Assembly: GCF_009914755.1 (NCBI RefSeq) | Contig: NC_060946.1 | Source of the DNA: the human T2T-CHM13v2.0 reference genome, Homo sapiens | Strand: one strand, 5' to 3' | DNA: 64,000 nucleotides | Part shown: positions 40,918 to 55,900 of the stretch, piece by piece | How positions within the stretch are numbered: the first letter of the stretch is position 1 | How the letters are laid out: the number at the start of each line of letters is the position of its first letter | Translations under genes and position numbers: made by a program | The notes under the pieces: generated by a model | The model's input: only the letters and a program-made list of their open reading frames with translations | Told to the model about the DNA's origin: nothing | Databases searched by the model: none

Positions 40918-43900
40918 GTTTCACAGAATGCTTCTTTCTAGCTTGTAGGGGAAGATATTCCCTTTATCACCATGGGCCTCCAACCGTCCGAAACGTCCAC
41001 TTCCATATACTACAAAAAGAGCGTTTCAAACCTGCTCTATGAAAGGCAATGTTCAACTCTGTGACTTGAATGCAGACATCACAGAGCAGTTTCTGAGAAT
41101 GCTTCTGTCTAGATTTTATAGGAAGATATTCCCGTTTCCAACGAAATCTTCACAGCTATCCAAATATCCACTTGCAGATTCTACAAAAAGAGTGTATCAA
41201 AACTGCTCTGTCAAAAGGAAGGTTCTTCTCTGTTAGGTGAGTGCATACGTCATAAAGGAGTTTCTGAGAATGTTTCTGTCTAGTGGTTATGGGAAGATAT
41301 TTGCTTTTTCACCGTAGGCCTCAGAGCGCTCCAAATATCCACTTGCACATACTACAAAAAGAGTGCCTCAGAGCTGCTCTCTGAAACGGAATGTTCAACT
41401 CTATGAGTTGAATGCAAACATCACAAAGACGTTTCTGAGAATGCTTCTGTCTAGATTTGATATGAAGATATTCCCGTTTCCAACGAAATCTTCAAATCTA
41501 TCCAAATGTCCACTTGCAGATTCAACAAAAAGTGTTTTTCAGAACTGCTCTATCAAAAGAAAGATCCACCTCTGTTAGCTGAGTTCACACATCACAAACA
41601 AGTTTATGAGAATGCTTCTGTCTAGTTTTTATTTGAAGATATTTCCTTTCTCACCATAGACCTGAAAGCTGTCCTAATGTTCACTTCCAGATACTACAGA
41701 AAGAGTGTTTCAAAACTGCTGTACGAAAGGGAATGTTCAACTCTGTGACTTGAATGCACACATCACAAAGAAGTTTCTGAGGATGCTGCTGTCTACTTTT
41801 TATACGTAATCCCGTTTCCAACGAAATCCTCCAAGCTATCCAAATATCCACTTGCAGATTCCACAGAAAGACTGTTTCAAAACTGCTCTGTCAATAGAAA
41901 GGTTCAACTCTGTTAGCTGCGTGCATATATCCCGAAGAAGATTCTGAGATTCCTTCTGTCTAGTTTTTATGGGAAGATATTTCCCTTTTCACCGTAGGCG
42001 TCAAGGCGCTCCAAATGTCCACTTCCAGATACTACAAAAAGAGTGTTTCAAACCTACTCTGTGAAAGGGAATATTCAACTCTGTGACTTGAATGCACATA
42101 TCACAAAGAAGTTTCTGAGAATGCTTCTGTCGAGATTTTATATGAAGATATTCCCGTTTCCAACGAAATCCTGAAATCTATCCAAATATCCCCTCGCAGA
42201 TTCTACAAAAAGAGTGTTTCAAAACTGTTCTGTAAAAAGAAAGGTTCAACTCTGTTAGTTGAGTACACACATCACAAACAAGTATCACAGAATGCTTCTT
42301 TCTAGCTTGTAGGGGAAGATATTCCCTTTATCACCATGGGCCTCAAACCGTCCGAAACGTCCACTTCCATATACTTCAAAAAGAGCGTTTCAAACCTGCT
42401 CTATGAAAGGCAATGTTCAACTCTGTGACTTGAATGCAGACATCACAGAGCTGTTTATGAGAATGCTTCTGTCTAGATTTTATAGGATGATATTCCCGTT
42501 TCCAACGAAATCTTCACAGCTATCCAAATATCCACTTGCAGATTCTACAAAAAGAGTGTATCCAAACTGCTCTGGCAAAAGGAAGGTTCTTCTCTGTTAA
42601 GTGAGTGCATACGTCATAAAGGAGTTTCTGAGAATGTTTCTGTCTAGTGGTTATGGGAAGATATTTGCTTTTTCACCGTAGGCCTCAGAGCGCTCCAAAT
42701 ATCCACTTGCACATACTACAAAAAGAGTGCCTCAAAGCTGCTCTCTGAAATGGAATGTTCAACTCTATGAGTTGAATGCAAACATCACAAAGACGTTTCT
42801 GAGAATGCTTCTGTCTAGATTTGATATGAAGATATTCCCGTTTCCAACGAAATCTTCAAATCTATCCAAATGTCCACTTCTATAATCAACAAAAAGTGTT
42901 TTTCAGAACTGCTCTATCAAAAGAAAGATCCACCTCTGTTAGCTGAGTTCACACATCCAAACAAGTTTATGAGAATGCTTCTGTCTAGTTTTTATTTGAA
43001 GATATTTCCTTTCTCACCATAGACCTGAAAGCTGTCCTAATGTTCACTTCCAGATACTACAGAAAGAGTGTTTCAAAACTGCTGTACGAAAGGGAATGTT
43101 CAACTCTGTGACTTGAATGCACACATCACAAAGAAGTTTCTGAGGATGCTGCTGTCTACTTTTTATACGTAATCCCGTTTCCAACGAAATCCTCCAAGCT
43201 ATCCAAATATCCACTTGCAGATTCCACAGAAAGACTGTTTCAAAACTGCTCTGTCAATAGAAAGGTTCAACTCTGTTAGCTGCGTGCATATATCCCAAAG
43301 AAGATTCTGAGATTGCTTCTGTCTAGTTTTTATGGGAAGATATTTCCCTTTTCACCGTAGGTGTCAAGGCGCTCCAAATGTCCACTTCCAGATACTACAA
43401 AAAGAGTGTTTCAAACCTACTCTGTGAAAAGGAATATTCAACTCTGTGACTTTAATGCACATATCACAAAGAAGTTTCTGAGAATGCTTCTGTCGAGATT
43501 TTATATGAAGATATTCCCGTTTCCAACGAAATCCTGAAATCTATCCAAATATCCCCTCGCAGATTCTACAAAAAGAGTGTTTCAAAACTGCTCTGTAAAA
43601 AGAAAGGTTCAACTCTGTTAGTTGAGTACACACATCACAAACAAGTTTCACAGAATGCTTCTTTCTAGCTTGTAGGGGAAGATATTCCCTTTATCACCAT
43701 GGGCCTCCAACCGTCCGAAACGTCCACTTCCATATACTACAAAAAGAGCGTTTCAAACCTGCTCTATGAAAGGCAATGTTCAACTCTGTGACTTGAATGC
43801 AGACATCACAGAGCAGTTTCTGAGAATGCTTCTGTCTAGATTTTATAGGAAGATATTCCCGTTTCCAACGAAATCTTCACAGCTATCCAAATATCCACTT

Positions 43901-46900
43901 GCAGATTCTACAAAAAGAGTGTATCAAAACTGCTCTGTCAAAAGGAAGGTTCTTCTCTGTTAGGTGAGTGCATACGTCATAAAGGAGTTTCTGAGAATGT
44001 TTCTGTCTAGTGGTTATGGGAAGATATTTGCTTTTTCACCGTAGGCCTCAGAGCGCTCCAAATATCCACTTGCACATACTACAAAAAGAGTGCCTCAGAG
44101 CTGCTCTCTGAAACGGAATGTTCAACTCTATGAGTTGAATGCAAACATCACAAAGACGTTTCTGAGAATGCTTCTGTCTAGATTTGATATGAAGATATTC
44201 CCGTTTCCAACGAAATCTTCAAATCTATCCAAATGTCCACTTGCAGATTCAACAAAAAGTGTTTTTCAGAACTGCTCTATCAAAAGAAAGATCCACCTCT
44301 GTTAGCTGAGTTCACACATCACAAACAAGTTTATGAGAATGCTTCTGTCTAGTTTTTATTTGAAGATATTTCCTTTCTCACCATAGACCTGAAAGCTGTC
44401 CTAATGTTCACTTCCAGATACTACAGAAAGAGTGTTTCAAAACTGCTGTACGAAAGGGAATGTTCAACTCTGTGACTTGAATGCACACATCACAAAGAAG
44501 TTTCTGAGGATGCTGCTGTCTACTTTTTATACGTAATCCCGTTTCCAACGAAATCCTCCAAGCTATCCAAATATCCACTTGCAGATTCCACAGAAAGACT
44601 GTTTCAAAACTGCTCTGTCAATAGAAAGGTTCAACTCTGTTAGCTGCGTGCATATATCCCGAAGAAGATTCTGAGATTCCTTCTGTCTAGTTTTTATGGG
44701 AAGATATTTCCCTTTTCACCGTAGGCGTCAAGGCGCTCCAAATGTCCACTTCCAGATACTACAAAAAGAGTGTTTCAAACCTACTCTGTGAAAGGGAATA
44801 TTCAACTCTGTGACTTGAATGCACATATCACAAAGAAGTTTCTGAGAATGCTTCTGTCGAGATTTTATATGAAGATATTCCCGTTTCCAACGAAATCCTG
44901 AAATCTATCCAAATATCCCCTCGCAGATTCTACAAAAAGAGTGTTTCAAAACTGTTCTGTAAAAAGAAAGGTTCAACTCTGTTAGTTGAGTACACACATC
45001 ACAAACAAGTATCACAGAATGCTTCTTTCTAGCTTGTAGGGGAAGATATTCCCTTTATCACCATGGGCCTCAAACCGTCCGAAACGTCCACTTCCATATA
45101 CTTCAAAAAGAGCGTTTCAAACCTGCTCTATGAAAGGCAATGTTCAACTCTGTGACTTGAATGCAGACATCACAGAGCTGTTTATGAGAATGCTTCTGTC
45201 TAGATTTTATAGGATGATATTCCCGTTTCCAACGAAATCTTCACAGCTATCCAAATATCCACTTGCAGATTCTACAAAAAGAGTGTATCCAAACTGCTCT
45301 GGCAAAAGGAAGGTTCTTCTCTGTTAAGTGAGTGCATACGTCATAAAGGAGTTTCTGAGAATGTTTCTGTCTAGTGGTTATGGGAAGATATTTGCTTTTT
45401 CACCGTAGGCCTCAGAGCGCTCCAAATATCCACTTGCACATACTACAAAAAGAGTGCCTCAAAGCTGCTCTCTGAAATGGAATGTTCAACTCTATGAGTT
45501 GAATGCAAACATCACAAAGACGTTTCTGAGAATGCTTCTGTCTAGATTTGATATGAAGATATTCCCGTTTCCAACGAAATCTTCAAATCTATCCAAATGT
45601 CCACTTCTATAATCAACAAAAAGTGTTTTTCAGAACTGCTCTATCAAAAGAAAGATCCACCTCTGTTAGCTGAGTTCACACATCCAAACAAGTTTATGAG
45701 AATGCTTCTGTCTAGTTTTTATTTGAAGATATTTCCTTTCTCACCATAGACCTGAAAGCTGTCCTAATGTTCACTTCCAGATACTACAGAAAGAGTGTTT
45801 AAAAACTGCTGTACGAAAGGGAATGTTCAACTCTGTGACTTGAATGCACACATCACAAAGAAGTTTCTGAGGATGCTGCTGTCTACTTTTTATACGTAAT
45901 CCCGTTTCCAACGAAATCCTCCAAGCTATCCAAATATCCACTTGCAGATTCCACAGAAAGACTGTTTCAAAACTGCTCTGTCAATAGAAAGGTTCAACTC
46001 TGTTAGCTGCGTGCATATATCCCAAAGAAGATTCTGAGATTGCTTCTGTCTAGTTTTTATGGGAAGATATTTCCCTTTTCACCGTAGGTGTCAAGGCGCT
46101 CCAAATGTCCACTTCCAGATACTACAAAAAGAGTGTTTCAAACCTACTCTGTGAAAAGGAATATTCAACTCTGTGACTTTAATGCACATATCACAAAGAA
46201 GTTTCTGAGAATGCTTCTGTCGAGATTTTATATGAAGATATTCCCGTTTCCAACGAAATCCTGAAATCTATCCAAATATCCCCTCGCAGATTCTACAAAA
46301 AGAGTGTTTCAAAACTGCTCTGTAAAAAGAAAGGTTCAACTCTGTTAGTTGAGTACACACATCACAAACAAGTTTCACAGAATGCTTCTTTCTAGCTTGT
46401 AGGGGAAGATATTCCCTTTATCACCATGGGCCTCCAACCGTCCGAAACGTCCACTTCCATATACTACAAAAAGAGCGTTTCAAACCTGCTCTATGAAAGG
46501 CAATGTTCAACTCTGTGACTTGAATGCAGACATCACAGAGCAGTTTCTGAGAATGCTTCTGTCTAGATTTTATAGGAAGATATTCCCGTTTCCAACGAAA
46601 TCTTCACAGCTATCCAAATATCCACTTGCAGATTCTACAAAAAGAGTGTATCAAAACTGCTCTGTCAAAAGGAAGGTTCTTCTCTGTTAGGTGAGTGCAT
46701 ACGTCATAAAGGAGTTTCTGAGAATGTTTCTGTCTAGTGGTTATGGGAAGATATTTGCTTTTTCACCGTAGGCCTCAGAGCGCTCCAAATATCCACTTGC
46801 ACATACTACAAAAAGAGTGCCTCAGAGCTGCTCTCTGAAACGGAATGTTCAACTCTATGAGTTGAATGCAAACATCACAAAGACGTTTCTGAGAATGCTT

Positions 46901-49900
46901 CTGTCTAGATTTGATATGAAGATATTCCCGTTTCCAACGAAATCTTCAAATCTATCCAAATGTCCACTTGCAGATTCAACAAAAAGTGTTTTTCAGAACT
47001 GCTCTATCAAAAGAAAGATCCACCTCTGTTAGCTGAGTTCACACATCACAAACAAGTTTATGAGAATGCTTCTGTCTAGTTTTTATTTGAAGATATTTCC
47101 TTTCTCACCATAGACCTGAAAGCTGTCCTAATGTTCACTTCCAGATACTACAGAAAGAGTGTTTCAAAACTGCTGTACGAAAGGGAATGTTCAACTCTGT
47201 GACTTGAATGCACACATCACAAAGAAGTTTCTGAGGATGCTGCTGTCTACTTTTTATACGTAATCCCGTTTCCAACGAAATCCTCCAAGCTATCCAAATA
47301 TCCACTTGCAGATTCCACAGAAAGACTGTTTCAAAACTGCTCTGTCAATAGAAAGGTTCAACTCTGTTAGCTGCGTGCATATATCCCGAAGAAGATTCTG
47401 AGATTCCTTCTGTCTAGTTTTTATGGGAAGATATTTCCCTTTTCACCGTAGGCGTCAAGGCGCTCCAAATGTCCACTTCCAGATACTACAAAAAGAGTGT
47501 TTCAAACCTACTCTGTGAAAGGGAATATTCAACTCTGTGACTTGAATGCACATATCACAAAGAAGTTTCTGAGAATGCTTCTGTCGAGATTTTATATGAA
47601 GATATTCCCGTTTCCAACGAAATCCTGAAATCTATCCAAATATCCCCTCGCAGATTCTACAAAAAGAGTGTTTCAAAACTGTTCTGTAAAAAGAAAGGTT
47701 CAACTCTGTTAGTTGAGTACACACATCACAAACAAGTATCACAGAATGCTTCTTTCTAGCTTGTAGGGGAAGATATTCCCTTTATCACCAGGGGCCTCAA
47801 ACCGTCCGAAACGTCCACTTCCATATACTTCAAAAAGAGCGTTTCAAACCTGCTCTATGAAAGGCAATGTTCAACTCTGTGACTTGAATGCAGACATCAC
47901 AGAGCTGTTTATGAGAATGCTTCTGTCTAGATTTTATAGGATGATATTCCCGTTTCCAACGAAATCTTCACAGCTATCCAAATATCCACTTGCAGATTCT
48001 ACAAAAAGAGTGTATCCAAACTGCTCTGGCAAAAGGAAGGTTCTTCTCTGTTAAGTGAGTGCATACGTCATAAAGGAGTTTCTGAGAATGTTTCTGTCTA
48101 GTGGTTATGGGAAGATATTTGCTTTTTCACCGTAGGCCTCAGAGCGCTCCAAATATCCACTTGCACATACTACAAAAAGAGTGCCTCAAAGCTGCTCTCT
48201 GAAATGGAATGTTCAACTCTATGAGTTGAATGCAAACATCACAAAGACGTTTCTGAGAATGCTTCTGTCTAGATTTGATATGAAGATATTCCCGTTTCCA
48301 ACGAAATCTTCAAATCTATCCAAATGTCCACTTCTATAATCAACAAAAAGTGTTTTTCAGAACTGCTCTATCAAAAGAAAGATCCACCTCTGTTAGCTGA
48401 GTTCACACATCCAAACAAGTTTATGAGAATGCTTCTGTCTAGTTTTTATTTGAAGATATTTCCTTTCTCACCATAGACCTGAAAGCTGTCCTAATGTTCA
48501 CTTCCAGATACTACAGAAAGAGTGTTTAAAAACTGCTGTACGAAAGGGAATGTTCAACTCTGTGACTTGAATGCACACATCACAAAGAAGTTTCTGAGGA
48601 TGCTGCTGTCTACTTTTTATACGTAATCCCGTTTCCAACGAAATCCTCCAAGCTATCCAAATATCCACTTGCAGATTCCACAGAAAGACTGTTTCAAAAC
48701 TGCTCTGTCAATAGAAAGGTTCAACTCTGTTAGCTGCGTGCATATATCCCAAAGAAGATTCTGAGATTGCTTCTGTCTAGTTTTTATGGGAAGATATTTC
48801 CCTTTTCACCGTAGGTGTCAAGGCGCTCCAAATGTCCACTTCCAGATACTACAAAAAGAGTGTTTCAAACCTAGTCTGTGAAAAGGAATATTCAACTCTG
48901 TGACTTTAATGCACATATCACAAAGAAGTTTCTGAGAATGCTTCTGTCGAGATTTTATATGAAGATATTCCCGTTTCCAACGAAATCCTGAAATCTATCC
49001 AAATATCCCCTCGCAGATTCTACAAAAAGAGTGTTTCAAAACTGCTCTGTAAAAAGAAAGGTTCAACTCTGTTAGTTGAGTACACACATCACAAACAAGT
49101 TTCACAGAATGCTTCTTTCTAGCTTGTAGGGGAAGATATTCCCTTTATCACCATGGGCCTCCAACCGTCCGAAACGTCCACTTCCATATACTACAAAAAG
49201 AGCGTTTCAAACCTGCTCTATGAAAGGCAATGTTCAACTCTGTGACTTGAATGCAGACATCACAGAGCAGTTTCTGAGAATGCTTCTGTCTAGATTTTAT
49301 AGGAAGATATTCCCGTTTCCAACGAAATCTTCACAGCTATCCAAATATCCACTTGCAGATTCTACAAAAAGAGTGTATCAAAACTGCTCTGTCAAAAGGA
49401 AGGTTCTTCTCTGTTAGGTGAGTGCATACGTCATAAAGGAGTTTCTGAGAATGTTTCTGTCTAGTGGTTATGGGAAGATATTTGCTTTTTCACCGTAGGC
49501 CTCAGAGCGCTCCAAATATCCACTTGCACATACTACAAAAAGAGTGCCTCAGAGCTGCTCTCTGAAACGGAATGTTCAACTCTATGAGTTGAATGCAAAC
49601 ATCACAAAGACGTTTCTGAGAATGCTTCTGTCTAGATTTGATATGAAGATATTCCCGTTTCCAACGAAATCTTCAAATCTATCCAAATGTCCACTTGCAG
49701 ATTCAACAAAAAGTGTTTTTCAGAACTGCTCTATCAAAAGAAAGATCCACCTCTGTTAGCTGAGTTCACACATCACAAACAAGTTTATGAGAATGCTTCT
49801 GTCTAGTTTTTATTTGAAGATATTTCCTTTCTCACCATAGACCTGAAAGCTGTCCTAATGTTCACTTCCAGATACTACAGAAAGAGTGTTTCAAAACTGC

Positions 49901-52900
49901 TGTACGAAAGGGAATGTTCAACTCTGTGACTTGAATGCACACATCACAAAGAAGTTTCTGAGGATGCTGCTGTCTACTTTTTATACGTAATCCCGTTTCC
50001 AACGAAATCCTCCAAGCTATCCAAATATCCACTTGCAGATTCCACAGAAAGACTGTTTCAAAACTGCTCTGTCAATAGAAAGGTTCAACTCTGTTAGCTG
50101 CGTGCATATATCCCGAAGAAGATTCTGAGATTCCTTCTGTCTAGTTTTTATGGGAAGATATTTCCCTTTTCACCGTAGGCGTCAAGGCGCTCCAAATGTC
50201 CACTTCCAGATACTACAAAAAGAGTGTTTCAAACCTACTCTGTGAAAGGGAATATTCAACTCTGTGACTTGAATGCACATATCACAAAGAAGTTTCTGAG
50301 AATGCTTCTGTCGAGATTTTATATGAAGATATTCCCGTTTCCAACGAAATCCTGAAATCTATCCAAATATCCCCTCGCAGATTCTACAAAAAGAGTGTTT
50401 CAAAACTGTTCTGTAAAAAGAAAGGTTCAACTCTGTTAGTTGAGTACACACATCACAAACAAGTATCACAGAATGCTTCTTTCTAGCTTGTAGGGGAAGA
50501 TATTCCCTTTATCACCATGGGCCTCAAACCGTCCGAAACGTCCACTTCCATATACTTCAAAAAGAGCGTTTCAAACCTGCTCTATGAAAGGCAATGTTCA
50601 ACTCTGTGACTTGAATGCAGACATCACAGAGCTGTTTATGAGAATGCTTCTGTCTAGATTTTATAGGATGATATTCCCGTTTCCAACGAAATCTTCACAG
50701 CTATCCAAATATCCACTTGCAGATTCTACAAAAAGAGTGTATCCAAACTGCTCTGGCAAAAGGAAGGTTCTTCTCTGTTAAGTGAGTGCATACGTCATAA
50801 AGGAGTTTCTGAGAATGTTTCTGTCTAGTGGTTATGGGAAGATATTTGCTTTTTCACCATAGGCCTCAGAGCGCTCCAAATATCCACTTGCACATACTAC
50901 AAAAAGAGTGCCTCAAAGCTGCTCTCTGAAATGGAATGTTCAACTCTATGAGTTGAATGCAAACATCACAAAGACGTTTCTGAGAATGCTTCTGTCTAGA
51001 TTTGATATGAAGATATTCCCGTTTCCAACGAAATCTTCAAATCTATCCAAATGTCCACTTCTATAATCAACAAAAAGTGTTTTTCAGAACTGCTCTATCA
51101 AAAGAAAGATCCACCTCTGTTAGCTGAGTTCACACATCCAAACAAGTTTATGAGAATGCTTCTGTCTAGTTTTTATTTGAAGATATTTCCTTTCTCACCA
51201 TAGACCTGAAAGCTGTCCTAATGTTCACTTCCAGATACTACAGAAAGAGTGTTTAAAAACTGCTGTACGAAAGGGAATGTTCAACTCTGTGACTTGAATG
51301 CACACATCACAAAGAAGTTTCTGAGGATGCTGCTGTCTACTTTTTATACGTAATCCCGTTTCCAACGAAATCCTCCAAGCTATCCAAATATCCACTTGCA
51401 GATTCCACAGAAAGACTGTTTCAAAACTGCTCTGTCAATAGAAAGGTTCAACTCTGTTAGCTGCGTGCATATATCCCAAAGAAGATTCTGAGATTGCTTC
51501 TGTCTAGTTTTTATGGGAAGATATTTCCCTTTTCACCGTAGGTGTCAAGGCGCTCCAAATGTCCACTTCCAGATACTACAAAAAGAGTGTTTCAAACCTA
51601 CTCTGTGAAAAGGAATATTCAACTCTGTGACTTTAATGCACATATCACAAAGAAGTTTCTGAGAATGCTTCTGTCGAGATTTTATATGAAGATATTCCCG
51701 TTTCCAACGAAATCCTGAAATCTATCCAAATATCCCCTCGCAGATTCTACAAAAAGAGTGTTTCAAAACTGCTCTGTAAAAAGAAAGGTTCAACTCTGTT
51801 AGTTGAGTACACACATCACAAACAAGTTTCACAGAATGCTTCTTTCTAGCTTGTAGGGGAAGATATTCCCTTTATCACCATGGGCCTCCAACCGTCCGAA
51901 ACGTCCACTTCCATATACTACAAAAAGAGCGTTTCAAACCTGCTCTATGAAAGGCAATGTTCAACTCTGTGACTTGAATGCAGACATCACAGAGCAGTTT
52001 CTGAGAATGCTTCTGTCTAGATTTTATAGGAAGATATTCCCGTTTCCAACGAAATCTTCACAGCTATCCAAATATCCACTTGCAGATTCTACAAAAAGAG
52101 TGTATCAAAACTGCTCTGTCAAAAGGAAGGTTCTTCTCTGTTAGGTGAGTGCATACGTCATAAAGGAGTTTCTGAGAATGTTTCTGTCTAGTGGTTATGG
52201 GAAGATATTTGCTTTTTCACCGTAGGCCTCAGAGCGCTCCAAATATCCACTTGCACATACTACAAAAAGAGTGCCTCAGAGCTGCTCTCTGAAACGGAAT
52301 GTTCAACTCTATGAGTTGAATGCAAACATCACAAAGACGTTTCTGAGAATGCTTCTGTCTAGATTTGATATGAAGATATTCCCGTTTCCAACGAAATCTT
52401 CAAATCTATCCAAATGTCCACTTGCAGATTCAACAAAAAGTGTTTTTCAGAACTGCTCTATCAAAAGAAAGATCCACCTCTGTTAGCTGAGTTCACACAT
52501 CACAAACAAGTTTATGAGAATGCTTCTGTCTAGTTTTTATTTGAAGATATTTCCTTTCTCACCATAGACCTGAAAGCTGTCCTAATGTTCACTTCCAGAT
52601 ACTACAGAAAGAGTGTTTCAAAACTGCTGTACGAAAGGGAATGTTCAACTCTGTGACTTGAATGCACACATCACAAAGAAGTTTCTGAGGATGCTGCTGT
52701 CTACTTTTTATACGTAATCCCGTTTCCAACGAAATCCTCCAAGCTATCCAAATATCCACTTGCAGATTCCACAGAAAGACTGTTTCAAAACTGCTCTGTC
52801 AATAGAAAGGTTCAACTCTGTTAGCTGCGTGCATATATCCCGAAGAAGATTCTGAGATTCCTTCTGTCTAGTTTTTATGGGAAGATATTTCCCTTTTCAC

Positions 52901-55900
52901 CGTAGGCGTCAAGGCGCTCCAAATGTCCACTTCCAGATACTACAAAAAGAGTGTTTCAAACCTACTCTGTGAAAGGGAATATTCAACTCTGTGACTTGAA
53001 TGCACATATCACAAAGAAGTTTCTGAGAATGCTTCTGTCGAGATTTTATATGAAGATATTCCCGTTTCCAACGAAATCCTGAAATCTATCCAAATATCCC
53101 CTCGCAGATTCTACAAAAAGAGTGTTTCAAAACTGTTCTGTAAAAAGAAAGGTTCAACTCTGTTAGTTGAGTACACACATCACAAACAAGTATCACAGAA
53201 TGCTTCTTTCTAGCTTGTAGGGGAAGATATTCCCTTTATCACCATGGGCCTCAAACCGTCCGAAACGTCCACTTCCATATACTTCAAAAAGAGCGTTTCA
53301 AACCTGCTCTATGAAAGGCAATGTTCAACTCTGTGACTTGAATGCAGACATCACAGAGCTGTTTATGAGAATGCTTCTGTCTAGATTTTATAGGATGATA
53401 TTCCCGTTTCCAACGAAATCTTCACAGCTATCCAAATATCCACTTGCAGATTCTACAAAAAGAGTGTATCCAAACTGCTCTGGCAAAAGGAAGGTTCTTC
53501 TCTGTTAAGTGAGTGCATACGTCATAAAGGAGTTTCTGAGAATGTTTCTGTCTAGTGGTTATGGGAAGATATTTGCTTTTTCACCGTAGGCCTCAGAGCG
53601 CTCCAAATATCCACTTGCACATACTACAAAAAGAGTGCCTCAAAGCTGCTCTCTGAAATGGAATGTTCAACTCTATGAGTTGAATGCAAACATCACAAAG
53701 ACGTTTCTGAGAATGCTTCTGTCTAGATTTGATATGAAGATATTCCCGTTTCCAACGAAATCTTCAAATCTATCCAAATGTCCACTTCTATAATCAACAA
53801 AAAGTGTTTTTCAGAACTGCTCTATCAAAAGAAAGATCCACCTCTGTTAGCTGAGTTCACACATCCAAACAAGTTTATGAGAATGCTTCTGTCTAGTTTT
53901 TATTTGAAGATATTTCCTTTCTCACCATAGACCTGAAAGCTGTCCTAATGTTCACTTCCAGATACTACAGAAAGAGTGTTTAAAAACTGCTGTACGAAAG
54001 GGAATGTTCAACTCTGTGACTTGAATGCACACATCACAAAGAAGTTTCTGAGGATGCTGCTGTCTACTTTTTATACGTAATCCCGTTTCCAACGAAATCC
54101 TCCAAGCTATCCAAATATCCACTTGCAGATTCCACAGAAAGACTGTTTCAAAACTGCTCTGTCAATAGAAAGGTTCAACTCTGTTAGCTGCGTGCATATA
54201 TCCCAAAGAAGATTCTGAGATTGCTTCTGTCTAGTTTTTATGGGAAGATATTTCCCTTTTCACCGTAGGTGTCAAGGCGCTCCAAATGTCCACTTCCAGA
54301 TACTACAAAAAGAGTGTTTCAAACCTACTCTGTGAAAAGGAATATTCAACTCTGTGACTTTAATGCACATATCACAAAGAAGTTTCTGAGAATGCTTCTG
54401 TCGAGATTTTATATGAAGATATTCCCGTTTCCAACGAAATCCTGAAATCTATCCAAATATCCCCTCGCAGATTCTACAAAAAGAGTGTTTCAAAACTGCT
54501 CTGTAAAAAGAAAGGTTCAACTCTGTTAGTTGAGTACACACATCACAAACAAGTTTCACAGAATGCTTCTTTCTAGCTTGTAGGGGAAGATATTCCCTTT
54601 ATCACCATGGGCCTCCAACCGTCCGAAACGTCCACTTCCATATACTACAAAAAGAGCGTTTCAAACCTGCTCTATGAAAGGCAATGTTCAACTCTGTGAC
54701 TTGAATGCAGACATCACAGAGCAGTTTCTGAGAATGCTTCTGTCTAGATTTTATAGGAAGATATTCCCGTTTCCAACGAAATCTTCACAGCTATCCAAAT
54801 ATCCACTTGCAGATTCTACAAAAAGAGTGTATCAAAACTGCTCTGTCAAAAGGAAGGTTCTTCTCTGTTAGGTGAGTGCATACGTCATAAAGGAGTTTCT
54901 GAGAATGTTTCTGTCTAGTGGTTATGGGAAGATATTTGCTTTTTCACCGTAGGCCTCAGAGCGCTCCAAATATCCACTTGCACATACTACAAAAAGAGTG
55001 CCTCAGAGCTGCTCTCTGAAACGGAATGTTCAACTCTATGAGTTGAATGCAAACATCACAAAGACGTTTCTGAGAATGCTTCTGTCTAGATTTGATATGA
55101 AGATATTCCCGTTTCCAACGAAATCTTCAAATCTATCCAAATGTCCACTTGCAGATTCAACAAAAAGTGTTTTTCAGAACTGCTCTATCAAAAGAAAGAT
55201 CCACCTCTGTTAGCTGAGTTCACACATCACAAACAAGTTTATGAGAATGCTTCTGTCTAGTTTTTATTTGAAGATATTTCCTTTCTCACCATAGACCTGA
55301 AAGCTGTCCTAATGTTCACTTCCAGATACTACAGAAAGAGTGTTTCAAAACTGCTGTACGAAAGGGAATGTTCAACTCTGTGACTTGAATGCACACATCA
55401 CAAAGAAGTTTCTGAGGATGCTGCTGTCTACTTTTTATACGTAATCCCGTTTCCAACGAAATCCTCCAAGCTATCCAAATATCCACTTGCAGATTCCACA
55501 GAAAGACTGTTTCAAAACTGCTCTGTCAATAGAAAGGTTCAACTCTGTTAGCTGCGTGCATATATCCCGAAGAAGATTCTGAGATTCCTTCTGTCTAGTT
55601 TTTATGGGAAGATATTTCCCTTTTCACCGTAGGCGTCAAGGCGCTCCAAATGTCCACTTCCAGATACTACAAAAAGAGTGTTTCAAACCTACTCTGTGAA
55701 AGGGAATATTCAACTCTGTGACTTGAATGCACATATCACAAAGAAGTTTCTGAGAATGCTTCTGTCGAGATTTTATATGAAGATATTCCCGTTTCCAACG
55801 AAATCCTGAAATCTATCCAAATATCCCCTCGCAGATTCTACAAAAAGAGTGTTTCAAAACTGTTCTGTAAAAAGAAAGGTTCAACTCTGTTAGTTGAGTA

